Shown here one piece after another: positions 1 through 12,689 of a stretch of 64,000 bases of DNA. This DNA comes from Eledone cirrhosa. Its lineage: Eukaryota. The stretch's first letter is position 1; each line of letters opens with the position of its first letter. The DNA is taken from contig OZ024743.1 in the NCBI GenBank assembly GCA_964016885.1, positions 175,274,001 through 175,338,000 of the forward strand, written 5' to 3'. The translations under genes were made by a program, and so were the position numbers. The notes beneath the pieces are model-generated. The model saw nothing but the letters and a program-made list of their open reading frames with translations, was not told the origin of the DNA and searched no databases.

Positions 1-1253
1 AAAGTCCATCCCTCGACCCGGCTCACCGCTGCCCTTGAACAGCTGAGCGAAGTGTCGCTGAAAAGCTTCACACATTTGCCCGGGTACGAGTAGCATGCGC
101 CCGTCGTGGTCCACCAAAGACCGGATCGTGGCTTTGTTGCCACGGCAAGCCTCCGCCACTCGGGCCCATTGAACGGCTTTCGTCCCCTCGTGTCTGAGAG
201 CACGCACCCTAGCTCTGACAACGCAGCCTTCGTGCTTTGCATTGAAGAATTGGTCAAGGGCCAATTTCGCCGCAAGCACGTCGGTCGCAATGCCTTTGCT
301 AAGCGCCTCGTCTAATTTTCTAACTAGTTCTCCCTCTGCTCTATTTTTCTCTATTGCTAATGCCTTACTATACCTAATGGATTCTATTCTAATCGCTCTT
401 TTCAGAGCAAACCACCACTTGTTGTTGACGATGGCCCCCGTAAACGCCCGCTTAACTAGTTCGCTAATCCGGTCTCTGTAGACCTTGCGCGCTGGTAAGG
501 ACGCGTTTAGCTTCCAGTAGCCGGGTCCTCGTCTATGAAGCCTATCTAAGTCAAGCACACAGATCACGAATTTGTGGTCCGTGTAGCTGACTATCTTGAA
601 TTGTGGACAGCCTATGCTAGACCTATCTATTTCCCTACAAAATACTCTATCTAGATATGATCTGGATGACCCTATGCGATTTGTCCAAGTCCACATTGGC
701 ACATTCGGGAAATCCAATCGGTACCTGTCAGACAGTTCAAAACGCCTGAGCAGGTTGGTGAGGCTCTTGCACCCTCCACCCCTATCTGCTAATCACACAC
801 GTTACAAGCGTGCATCTAAGATCCCGTTCCAGTCGCCCACTAACACTAAAGAGCGGGACGTTCCAAGAAAGGTCTCCAGACGCCGGAAGAAATCAGGCCG
901 CCCTGCTCCTGTCGGGGCATAGACGCCCACTAGCCTGAAAGCTTGCCCGTCTCCGCTGGTCACGTCTAGCACCACCAACTTACCCTCTGGGTCCAGGAAG
1001 ATGGCCCGTATGGCGAGATCTAAACCTCTCCGAAAAAGCACAGCAACTCCTCCCCCGATCCAGGATGGCTGGGAGATGCGTACACATCGTAGCCTCTGAA
1101 GATCGGTGCGAAGGACCGTGCTTCGGAGATTCTGGTCTCGCTGATGGCCACTACATCTATGTTTTGTGACATGAGGTCGTTGAGCAGGTGACCCTGCTTC
1201 CATGACGACCCCAAGCCACGCGCATTTATGCTGCCTATTCTGAGTGAGGTCAT
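1..1253 (-). pseudogene. Tx1 ORF2 N-terminal APE endonuclease region, frameshifted
   Basis: MTSLRIGSINARGLG start at 1253; frameshift near 1060; homologous to the open ORF2 at 28628. Confidence 0.88.
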
Positions 1254-1404
1254 GTTTAAAATAGAGTGGAAAAGATGGGAAAGACCACTTACCGTACCTT
1301 TCGTAGAGGAAGGTGGTTTTTCCATCCCTTTTCACTTGATCGTCTGTTGAAGGGACCGTTGAATCGTCCCTTCAGCTGGTCGTCGGCTCTTCTATGAGTA
1401 TGTC

Positions 1405-3419
1405 CTAATATACTCTCCGGTTGAGAGTCCCTCCTAGGTCTCTGAAATCACCAACTGCGTTGGGGAATTTCGTTTTAATGTTTGTGTATTGTTTCTGTGC
1501 TATTTTTAGCAGTCTTATGTTAGTTGGCGTTTTGATTGGTGCTGGTATTATGTAGTCGTGCTGTGAAATGTCTGTGTGTACAATTATGTAAGTCATTAGT
1601 TTCTTGTTGTGTGTATTTATTGCCGTGCATTTGTTTTTCTGGGGGTGGGTGTGGTTCTGCTATTTTCTTGTCGTTGTTGCTGGGTGTGTGTGTTTTGTTG
1701 TTGTGTTTGCGATGTTGGTGCTTGTGGTGGTGGAGTTGAAGGTGTTGTTGTTGTTGGCGGTGGGGTTGTCGCCAGTGGTGATGGTGGTGCTAGTGCGGGT
1801 GGTGATGGTGTTGGTGGTGTTGCTGCTGTGAGTCTCTTTGCAGTAGCCTTTACCCTTTTTTCATTTCTTTCCTCCCTTTTCGAAGGCGACGATGCGCTGC
1901 TTCTGCGTTTTGCCTTTTTACGACCTTTTGGAATCCCTCTCCCACCTCACACTCCATGTCTGATTCTGTGAGGTCGGGGAGGGGTACCAGCTCCACTCTT
2001 TCATTTGTTGTTGTTGGTGATGTTTGCACTGGAGTCTATGTTGCAGCTTTGGTATTGCTGTTGTTGTTGTTAATACTTCCACTGCTGCTGCTGTTTTTGA
2101 TTTCCGTGGCGTGGGTATGGGTGCCACGGATCTATCGTTCCTGGTTGCCGCTTGTCCTGTTGCTGGTAGCCGTGGAGCCGGTTTCGGAAGGAGGGTTTTT
2201 TTATCCTTTCTCAGGGTCTTCTCGTTGCAGAAGGCCCTGAGGTGAGTCTTTGATCCACAGCGAAAGCATTTCGGGCGTTTGCCCTCAACACTTATGGGCA
2301 GTTGAGTGCCGTTATTGAAGTCTATCACATCCGGGATAGCTTCGATGCACTCCTGGTTGGTTTGGATTAACATCTCAATAGAGGTGCCGACCCAATCTTC
2401 TCTTACTTTTTTCTGTACTTGCAGTACAGTTGTTTTGTCCTCGGTTCCGACGAGGACAGACACGGCCAGCCAAGAAGGGGACATCCCGGGTGGGACGTGA
2501 GTCAGTATGACCCTCACAATTTTTTGCCCGCAATAAGAGGGCACCAACACCATCTCCTCGCTCCTTAGGGTCACTAAGGATTGAGCCTTTGCCTCCTGGG
2601 GTGTGGCAAAAAGTACGTCTACGGTGGCATATTTCTTGCCTAGGGTGATGTGCGTTTTCCGCTGCCACACAGACCCTAAGGCTTTTTGTATTTCAGCCTC
2701 TGTGGCTCTTTCAACCCTACGGGATTTTGTACTTACTGTACGGTACGTGACCGTACAGTGCTGTTGGGTTTCTAAAAATTTTTCGGCTGCCTTGCAGATT
2801 GCTCGGTGTCTGGTTTTTGTCACCATCTTCTTCGCTTCCTCTAATTCCTCATTTGTTATGAGGATGGTTTCCAGGTTCTTTGCGATACCTGCAAACGAGA
2901 TTGGTTTTTCTTTGCTGCTGTTGTTGTTGTTGTCGTCAGAGCTGCTGTTACTTTTGTTGTTGCTGCAGGTACTACGACTACTGCCGCCGCCGCTGTTGCT
3001 GTGGTTGTTGTTGTTGTTGTTGCTGCTGCTGCTGTTGTTGTTGTTGATGCTAATGCTGTTGTTGTTTATGCTGCTGCTGCTGCTGTTGCGGCTGCTACTG
3101 TTGTTTTCCTTGTCACTGTTGCTGCTGCTGCTGTTATTACGGCTGCTACTGCTATTATTCCTGACGTCAGACGAATGAAATGGGTTTTCGTATTTCCCGC
3201 ACACCTGTTTCGTCGTTGTCGTCGTCGTCGTGGAGAAATCTTGCACGCTTGCACGTGATTTTTCTTTTCTGGCGTCGCTTGCGAAAGAGAAGGGAGGGAG
3301 AGAGACACATTTAAAGAAGGGAGGGAGAGAGACAATCTTCTCTCTGCTGTAGTGAAGATTGAGGAAGAAGAAGACGGAATGAGTGGGAGTGACTTGTGAA
3401 AATTCTTTTTCGTAGCCAT
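1405..3419 (-). pseudogene. Tx1 ORF1 (gag-like RNA-binding protein), frameshifted
   Basis: ATG at 3419 after an A-run; Asn/Ser-rich N-terminus; EGKRPKCFRCGSKTHLRAFC knuckle; coding split across ORFs 3066-3455, 1918-3453 and 1405-1596. Confidence 0.8.
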
Positions 3420-3653
3420 GTTTTTTTTTTTGTTTAAAATAAATATTGGGCACAAAACCCCAATAAGCGGTTATTTAACCCCGAAGGGCTAAATAACGGA
3501 CAGAAAGACCCCCCTCACGAGGAGGAGGGTGTTTTTGTCTACAAGTTGGTTATAGTTTTAAACAATTTACAATTGTTATAGCGGTCAAAATTTACAATAC
3601 CTTACAGAGCCGAACCTCCGGCAACCATAGCATTCAATAATAATAATAATAAT

Positions 3654-3713
3654 TGTTTCTACTTTTGGCACAAGGCCAGCAATTACCCAGTGTATTACTG
3701 GTACTTTATTTTA
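3654..3713 (-). mobile_element. tRNA-derived SINE, 3' fragment between two (AAT)n tracts
   Basis: matches the 3' 60 nt of full copies at 58743 and 59531. Confidence 0.88.
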
Positions 3714-3748
3714 TAATAATAATAATTTATAATAATAATAATAATAAT

Positions 3749-6700
3749 GATTTCATTTATTGGCCACAAGGGCCGACATATAGGGGACAATACAAAAGAC
3801 TGGGACAGTGGGGTTTTACAGAAAAATCGAGTAAACAATATGAATAAACAAAGTAACAATAACAAAGTAACAATAAAGTAACAATAAAATTACAACAAGA
3901 AAAAATTCCCCAATAGGGGGGATGACCACCTAGGGTTCGCTCAGGTACCCCACCAGTCCTGAACGACCCGGCGCTTCGAGAGCACCCTGGAATGGCACCC
4001 CTCTCCTCTTCAAATTTACCTACCTATAGCCGCATGACCAGAGTAGGCCCACTCACACGGACCATTCTCGCCACATTCACCCACCTTTCAGCAAATGTAC
4101 TGAGGGGCAGCACTTCTCTCTCCACCCTCACCTTCCTTTCCAAGTGAAACTTGAAAAAGTTGATGAGGGATTGGACGAAGAGAAAATTCCTTTCAACCTC
4201 GTCCACCATACAACCTCTTTCGCTACTGCCACCAGACAGAGGAAAATTGCCTGCCCTTCCTGGCCAAAAGAAGGCGGCGGGTCGATCTTCACTATGGACG
4301 CGGCCGATAGCCGGATCCGTTCTACACGCGACAACAGCTGTTCAACATAACTCCACAAGTCAGTAATTCACGGACACTGGACGAGTGCGTGCAGAACAGT
4401 TTCGTCGCTCTGCGCGCATCTCGGGCAGGTCCGTCTGACAGCACTTCCGTGCCTGTAGAGTTTATCTCGAACCGGCAGTGCTCCCCGGTAGCACTGCCAA
4501 GCGAGGGATTTTTGGAAATTATCCATCGTCCCCGGCTCGAAAGTCCTCCGGTACAGACTGGTTAGTTCGATTTCGTTGACTCCCAGAGCCTCTCCGAGTG
4601 CGTCGTCGCACTTGCCCACCACTAATCCTCTATAGAACTCGAGAGTGGAAGTTCCACTGACCGCATTGCCCGCCTGGTAGGGGGCAGTGAGTGCCTGGCA
4701 ACATTCCAGATGCCAGTCACCCAGTCTCGGTCTCTTCTTGATCCAGGACTTCAACTCAGTCAAAGAAACGAGCTGCGGAAAGGCTCGTCTGACAAACGGC
4801 GACCACACCTGTTTACCGTTTAGGCAGAATATCTGGAGATGCCACAACCTCAGCGCGTGCCTGCGCATCATTAGCCACGGCATGCCCAGCCCTCCACGTA
4901 GAGGTGCTGGCAGCAGATGGACCGCCTCACCAGCGGAACCTGACCCCTCCACAAGAATTTGAAGAGGAGCCGCTCCAAGATGGCGAGGCGCGAACAGGGG
5001 CAAGGGACGACAGTCAGACGGTAGTAGATGACGGACGCGATGTACGCGTTCGCCACCTCCGCCCGACCTTTCAGTGATAGCTTCATCCCAGCCCATTTCT
5101 AGGTGAGACTGACTACCCTGCCCGTCACCTCGTCCCAATTCTTATCCACCTGGAGGTCTGGCCCGAACCAAACCCTTAGAAACTTTACCGGTCCGTCCGT
5201 CCAGCGCCTAACGACGCTGTTGGACGGCATGGACTTGCCTCTCCAGGTACCGAGTTGCAAGCCCACTGACTTTTCGGGTTAAGTTTTGCTCCCGTCAACC
5301 TTTCATATTCCTCCAATAAGTTGCCGACCACCTCGATTTCTGAGGTGTCCGACACCATCACGGTGATGTCGTCCGCATAAGCCGACACAGCCTTTCCGCG
5401 TCCCGGTTCGAGCGGGATGCCCTGCAACAGCTCCATCTTCCGCAGTAAAGGCTCGAGAGTCAATACGTACAGAAGGGAGGAGAGAGGGCAAAAAAGTCTT
5501 GAAGTGGGTTTTACGTTCGGGGTTCCCACGTCCCGAAGAAAGCTGTCTCGTATTTCTTTGAATATATCGAGCGACATTCGCACCAGAACCAAATCTTCCG
5601 GCACGCGAAATGTGCTCGATTAAAACATTTCCCCCTCTTTTTGTATATTTTCACTTCGTGCTACGAGGGCCATCAGTTCCTTATTGGCCCTCCTGACGAG
5701 CACGAAGTTTTGTATGTTTTGTTGGTGTGATTTTATTTGTTTGCGTGGCTGTGGTGGTGATGGTTTTGGTGGTGTTGTTTCGGTTGTATCTGTGTTTGTT
5801 GTGAGTGCGGTGTCTGTGGTTTCAGATGTTTGTGTGTATATTTGTTCTTGCGTCTGTTTCGGTTGTTTGCGTTTGGGGGATTCTGGTGATGGTGATGGTG
5901 GTGTTGATGTTGGTGTTATTGGAGAGATGTTTGCGTGGGTGGTGTCTGCGTTTTTTATTGTGGGTGCTTTTGTGCTTTGTTGAGTTTTTTTTTTCATTTT
6001 GTGTTTCCTTTTTTGTATTTTGGGGGATTTTGGATTTCCCTCATTTTCATTACTGGTAGATGAGGGGTCTGTGTCTGTAAGTGTGTCTGTATGTATGTTT
6101 AAGGTTTTATTGGTGTGTGTATTTTTTGGGGGAGGGGGAATTTGACAGCTTTCCTCGTTTGCCCCCTGGGTGGTCAATGTTGGTGGTGGGCTTTCTATTG
6201 GTGTTGTTGTTCGTGGTTTTGCCGGTGCAGGTGTTGGTTGTGGTCCTTGACCCGGCGTCGGCAGCAGTGGGGCCTTTCGACCCCTTGCCTCTTTCAGCAA
6301 TTGAGGGCAGAAGGCTCGCAAATGGGTTTTTTCCCCACAAACAAAACACTGCGGCCATTTGCCTTCGGTCATAATGTGAATGACAGTCCCATTCTGAAGG
6401 CGGATGTAGTCTGGGATTGTCTTCACATTCTCGGGCCTGATCTGGAGAAGGATCTCCAGGTCAACCCCGGACCAGTCCTCTCTGGCCGTTCTGGTCACTT
6501 CTATAGGGACTGCATCCGTCCCCTCCACAATCACACATCCCAGAAGCCACCACATGTCAAGTCCTGGTGGGATTCTGGGAATGCGGAGACGGGCCGTTCT
6601 TTTCCCATGTGGGAGGGGTACATTATGACCTTGCTGGTTTTGCAAGGAGTCATAGTGTGTTTCATAGCGAGGGCTTCTGACTTAAACAACACCGAAATGG

Positions 6701-7594
6701 TGCCGTACTGTCTGCCCCTCTCTATGTACTGGGTGTCTTCTCTGATGCACCTCAGCGCAACTTCGACATCTTCTTGTGGGATTAACGCTGCCCTTTTGGT
6801 TTGTGCTGAGATGCATCTATAATGCACCGTTTTGCGCTCCACTGCCTCAATAGCTTCTACCGGGACAGTTAAGTTGGCCCAAGTTTGCTCTTGCTTGATG
6901 AGCTTCCATGCCTGGGCCAACTTTTCATCTTTGTTTGAGAGGTCCATGTTGAAGCATGGCCTCTTTTTTGCTGCTGCCGCAGCGAAAGTGGTCTTGTTTT
7001 CGTTGGGGGTGTTGTTGACGTTGTTCTTGTTGGTGTTGTTGTTAGCACTGTCGCTGTTATCATTGTTGTCTTTGTTGCCACCGTTGTTCTCGGTGCAGTT
7101 GGTATTGTTGCTGTTGGTGTTGTCGCTATTTGTTTTCATGTTAGTGGTGTTGATATTGTTGTTGTATTTGTTATTTTTTTTTTTTGTTATCTATATTTTC
7201 GTTGTCACTGTTACTGTCATTTTTTTCAAAATTAGAGTTCTTATTGGTATCATTGGTGTCTTTGTTTACATTGTTTGTGGTGGTGCTTGTGTTATCAATG
7301 TGTGTTAATTTCACTGTAGCGCTCTTCTCAACTTCGACGTCGTTGTCGCACGACAGCCGACATATCGCTGGGGGGCGTGGCTCAGTCATGTTTTTTTTTT
7401 TTCGTAAATTTTTTAACATGTAAAAAAAGTTCAAATATTTGGGCCAAAAGGCCCAAATATTATACTTTCCCCTTCACGGGGCAAAGTCTAAGGGCTTATA
7501 TCCCTGACACAACAAGAAATATTTAACAACAAATAATTTAAACAGGCAAATAAAGCGACTTACTGTGAGCGAGCAAAATACGTCCGCTTAGACC
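3749..7594 (-). mobile_element. Tx1-like retrotransposon copy A2, with internal deletion of EN and N-terminal RT
   Basis: ORF1 pieces 7389-5620 (CFVCGEKTHLRAFC) joined at about 5490 directly to CPLSSLLYV...AYADD; C-terminal CPRCAQSDETVLHALVQC; 3' end GCCCTTGTGGCCAATAAATGAAATC then (ATT)n. Confidence 0.9.
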
Positions 7595-7624
7595 AATAAT
7601 AATAATAATAATAATAATAATAAT

Positions 7625-7727
7625 TGTTTCTACTTTAGGCACAAGGCCAGCAATTACCCAGTGCATTACTGATACTTTATTTTATCGACCCCGTAAGGAT
7701 GAAAGGCAAAGTCAACCTCGGCGGGAT
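7625..7727 (-). mobile_element. tRNA-derived SINE, 5'-truncated
   Basis: 3' half of the SINE consensus, flanked by (AAT)n on both sides. Confidence 0.9.
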
Positions 7728-7745
7728 AATAATAATAATAATAAT

Positions 7746-7922
7746 TGTTTCTACTTTAGGGACAAGGCCAGCAATTACCCAGTGTATTACTGGTACTTTA
7801 TTTTATCGACCCCGTAAGGATGAAAGTTAACCTCGGCGGGATTTGAACTCAGAATGGAAAGGGCTGTAACTCTTTGCGTCAAAGCATGGCGTCCGACCCT
7901 CTACCGATACTGCCAATCCACC
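7746..7922 (-). mobile_element. tRNA-derived SINE, full length
   Basis: box A TGGCAGTATCGG and box B GAGTTCAAATCCC on the minus strand; (ATT)n tail. Confidence 0.92.
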
Positions 7923-7955
<33 letters not shown>

Positions 7956-7957
<2 letters not shown>

Positions 7958-8551
7958 TTTCTTTATTGGCCACAAGGGCTGACATCAAGAAAAACATCAC
8001 AGACGGAACAGGACGGTACGATGTGGGTTTTGTGCGTGTAAATATTTTTATTATTTATATAAGAAAAGAAAAAAAAAGGACATAGAAACATATATATAAA
8101 CAATAAAAATGAAAATTGAAACAATGAAAAATGCCCCAATAGGGGGGAACCTCCGAGGGTTACTCGTGGCGAAAACCACACAAAAGACCACGGCCACCCA
8201 GACCACCAGGGCAAGCGCCCTCTCCCAATTTTTTCATTTCTCAAACTACAGACGTATATTCAGAGTGGTCCCGTTCACTCGGACCATTCTCGCTACATTC
8301 ACCCATCTTTCAACAAACTTGCTAGAAGGCAGCACTTGCCTCTCCACCCTTATTTTCCTCTTCAAGTGAAACTTGAAAAAGTTAATTAGGGATTCGCCGA
8401 AGAGGAAAGTGTCTGACTTTAACCCTGTAACCTTGTCCACCACACAATCTCTTTCGCCATGGCCACCAGGCAGATGAAAACCGCCTGCCCTTCCTCCTCG
8501 AAGGAAGACGGCGAGACCATCTGCACAATGGACTCAGTCGACAACCGAATC
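7956..8551 (-). mobile_element. Tx1-like retrotransposon copy A3, 3' fragment
   Basis: encodes ORF2 C-terminus (FVERWVNVARMVRVNG); 3' end GCCCTTGTGGCCAATAAAGAAATC then (ATT)n. Confidence 0.88.
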
Positions 8552-11299
8552 AGCAACAGCAAATGCGGTGAGGAAATTACTTGGCATAAAAACGAGAGGA
8601 AACAACAAACAAGAAAGATCAGATCCTTGGTGGAAGAAACGACTGAACAGTCAAATAAAGGAAATTAGAAAAGACATTGGAAAGCTTGAGTCCCTACTGA
8701 ATGGGACACTACAAAACATAGACACTAAAAATAGATTGGAAATAAAGTACAAAGCTAGGGGAAAAAGCTAAATATTATCATAGAGGAACTGAAGCAACGC
8801 ATAGTAGGAAAAAGTGCAAAGATTAGGTGGTATGAGAGCAGAGTCAGTCAGTATAGACAGAACCGCATGTTTGACAACAACCAGAAGATGTTGTTTGGAC
8901 AGCTTGAAGGGAAAGGAAGAGGCAACGACTTGATCTCTGAGGCGGAACAAACAAGACATTCTGGAGAGGAATATGGGAGCAGGATGTTGAACATAATGAT
9001 CAGGCAGTGTGGATTGAGACAGTACAAACGGAGATTAGTGAACAGGCACACCAACAAACTGATTTGAGTATCACAGTTGAAACTCTTAAGGGGCATGCCA
9101 GAAAACTAACCAACTGGAAATCAGGCCCAGATGGTGTGCAGGGGTATTGGATAAAACATATAACACCCCTCCACCTGAAACTGACAACCATGTTCAATGA
9201 CTGCTTGATGTCAGGTGAGGTACCAGAGTGGTTGACAAAAGGTACCACAGTTCTGATAATGAAAGACCGAGCCAAGGGTAATGATGTTACCAACTATAGA
9301 CTTATCACATGTCTGTCCGTAATGTGGAAACTGTTAACAAGCATTATGTCTGAGGAAATCTACCATCACCTCCACATAAACAACTTGTTACCGGGCGAAA
9401 AGAAAGGATGCCGAAAGAAGTCCCGTGGTACAAAGGACCAGTTACTTATTGATAAGATGGTAATGAAGAATTGCAGAAGGAGACACACCGGTCTTACCAT
9501 GGGATGGATAGACTACAAAAAGGCATTCGACATGGTACCTCATTCTTGAATAACCAAAAGCTTAGAGATCTTCAGGGTGGCAGATAACATCAGACAGTTG
9601 TTGAACAAAAGTATGAAGTCCTGGAAAACAGAGTTAACATCGGGCGGAGAATCCTTGGGAGGCATGAAGATCAAGAGAGGTATCTTCCAGGGAGATAGTC
9701 TGTCCCCTCTGTTGTTTGTCCTTACCCTGATGCCCCTGACCATTATACTGCGAAAAGTGAGAGCAGGATACAAGTTGGGAAAGGGAGAGCTTACCATCAA
9801 TCACCGCCTCTTTATGGACGATCTTAAGCTCTCCGGGAAGAGTGAGAAGGAGTTGGATGTGCTTGTTGACACTGTCCGTATTTTCATCAATGATATTTGT
9901 ATGCAATTTGGTATTAGTAAGTGTGGAGTCCTAGTGATGAAGAGGGGTAAATTGAGTAGAAGCAACGAAATCCAGGTACCAACAGGTGAGATGATAAAGG
10001 AAATTGATACTGAAGAGGGATACAGATATTTAGGTGTTCTGGAGGCTGATGACATCAAGAACCAAAAAATGAAGGAATTGATAAGATCTGAATACATTCG
10101 GAGAGTAAGGAGCGTATTAAAGTCACATCTGAACAGTAGGAATGCCATAAGTGCAGTAAATTCCCGAGCTGTGTCTATTATTAGGTACAGTGCGGTAATT
10201 CTGAGATGGAATGTTGCTGAACAAAAAGAAATGGATAGGAAGACTAGGAAGCTATTGACTATCTACAACATGTTCCACAAGAGGAGTGATGTTGATAGAC
10301 TCTACTTGAGGAGATCTGAAGGTGGAAGAGGTTTTATCAGCATAGAGGACTATGTTAAGATGGAGAAAAACAACCTACACAAATACGTGACTGATAGTAG
10401 GGAGCCAATGCTCAGAATTGTACTGGACAATAGACCAGGGGATGTCCAAGGAGGAAATAACAACAAAGAGAAAGAGCAGCCTTCATGAAAAATCCCTTCA
10501 TAGTACCTTCTTTGAGTAAACTGAATTTAGAGATCCACAGACATGGAACTGGTTGAAAAGAGGAGACCTTAAAAAGGCTACAAAAGGAATGCTAATGGCT
10601 GCGTAAGAGCAGGCCCCCAAAACGAAATGGCTGAAACGCCATATTTACAAGGAGGATCTGTGGAGAGAGAGAGGAGACTGTGGCTCACATTGTATCCGAG
10701 TGTAAACACCTAACTCAGACTCACTATAAAGGCTGGAGACATGATGTGATGGGCAGGGTGATCCACTGGCACCTATGCAAAGTAAACAATTTACCACATT
10801 CTGAGAAGTGGTATGAGCATAATCTAGAGTCGGTGATGGAAAACGATCAGGTGAAGGTGCTGTGGGAGTTTAGGATACAGACGGACAAGAAACTGGAACA
10901 CAATAGACCTGACCTGGTGGTTTGGGACAAGGAAAAAAGATCGTGCCTGATTGTGGATGTAGGCTGCCCATTCGACATGAGAGTGCAAGAGAAGGAGAGG
11001 GAGAAAATTAACCGATACCAGGACTTAAAGTGGGGGGTAAAAAGGATTTGGAACTGCCATGAGGTCAAAGTGGTCCCGATTGTCATAGGCGCACTCAAAG
11101 AATTTCCAAGGATGGTTAAAGAAAATTGGTCCCACCCCGCTTTTTGGAACACTTCAAAAGGCATGCTTGCTGGAAACAGCAAGAACCCTCCGATACGTCC
11201 TGAATATCTGAGGTTGCAGGTAGTGGCTTGATATTCATTTCAACAAACTTTCCAGTTAAATAACATCAATGACTGAGACACAAAGAACAATAATAATAA
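8552..11299 (+). mobile_element. R4/Dong-clade RLE non-LTR retrotransposon, 5'-truncated and degenerate, (TAA)n tail
   Basis: RT motifs GPDG, WIDYKKAFDMVPHS, RGIFQGDSLSP, LFMDDLKL; HIVSEC knuckle remnant; RHD and HNRPDLVVWD..IVDV..EKINRY restriction-like endonuclease; stops and frameshifts. Confidence 0.9.
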
Positions 11300-11501
11300 T
11301 GTTTCTACTTTAGGCACAAGGCCAGGATTTCCCAGTGCATTACTGGTACTTTATTTTATCGACCTCGTAAGGATGAAAGGCAAAGTTAACCTCGGCGGGA
11401 TTTGAACTTAGATCATAATGGGCCGTAATTCTATGCTGCAAAGAATGGCGACCGACCCTCTACCGATACTGCCAATTCACCGCCCTCACTGCCAATTCAC
11501 C
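11300..11501 (-). mobile_element. tRNA-derived SINE, full length with duplicated head
   Basis: SINE consensus; 14-nt head repeat at 11488-11501; (AAT)n on both sides. Confidence 0.88.
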
Positions 11502-11708
11502 AATAATAATACAAGGACAAATGGTTACTCCTTCATTACGTCTATTGGTGGTGATGCGCGTTTCGCTACTGATCAGCTCAAGGTTCGATCTGTATCGATC
11601 TGGCCCGACTCTGGAATCACAAGCTTGTCGGACCTCTGTAGTAGTAAACCTAAACATCGAGTGGTCACCTGGGTGAACCTACAGTAACTTCGCGTTACAC
11701 CCCCTGGA

Positions 11709-11791
<83 letters not shown>

Positions 11792-11797
<6 letters not shown>

Positions 11798-11916
11798 GAA
11801 ACTGACTGGCAAGTCTGCTGATATGCAAGTCTGGCTGATCAGTGGATCTGCTAATATGCAGATCTGACTGATCAGCCAGTCTGTTAATATGCAAATCAGG
11901 CCAATCAGTCACTGTA
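11792..11916. mobile_element. putative TA-flanked MITE with three internal 30-bp repeats
   Basis: ends TACAG...CTGTA; imperfect TIRs (ctgactggc / gccaatcag); three units of the form ctgytratatgcarrtc. Confidence 0.45.
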
Positions 11917-12274
11917 TAGTTTAAAAAATCCCATATATTTTCACTAGCTCTGACAGTTGGCAGGTGAACAGTGAACTGTACTAATGAAGGGTGATACCCA
12001 GAAACATTAGTGCCTGCAGTTCTGTTTACATGCCAACACAAGATCAAGAAAGAAGAGTTCATTCTACTGACATGGCTTTAAAAATGAGGCTTGTTTGCAT
12101 AATTGCAAACTGGAGCACTCAGAGAAATAACAACGCAACCAGGAGCTGGATATATCGGAGTATTGACGGAGTAAAACATACTTCAACAACATGTGTACCT
12201 GTCTCTCCCACACCAATTCGGACTGCCTGAAGAGGTCACATAAACGAAGCCAAATTTTACATATTTGACTTAAT

Positions 12275-12388
<114 letters not shown>

Positions 12389-12689
12389 GTTTAAATTTGG
12401 TGGTTTACCACTCGGTAAAATTGGTCATGCTGCAATGTTAACCATAACCTAATATGAGAAAAGCACTCGACGTTATGAAAGTCATCCATCTTCAATGTTG
12501 AACGGGAACAGATTAAATGTATTATAGAGTGAAAGGAATTTCCTTAATTTTTATTATTGTAAACACTATGGCCACTGAAATGTACATAGTGTTTACAGTA
12601 ATAAAAAAAGAAGGAAATTCAACATATTTGGCCTCCTGTCATTTTACTTTATAATATATATATATATATATTTAATTTTTAATATAGAA

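Larger units (their letters stand above)
1..3635 (-). mobile_element. Tx1-like non-LTR retrotransposon, copy A1 (5' UTR, ORF1, start of ORF2; continues past window start)
   Basis: ORF1 with CCHC knuckle CFRCGSKTHLRAFC; ORF2 with APE motifs (SINARGL, AISETR, LVGDWNGILD); 5' end abuts an (AAT)n tract at 3636. Confidence 0.92.
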
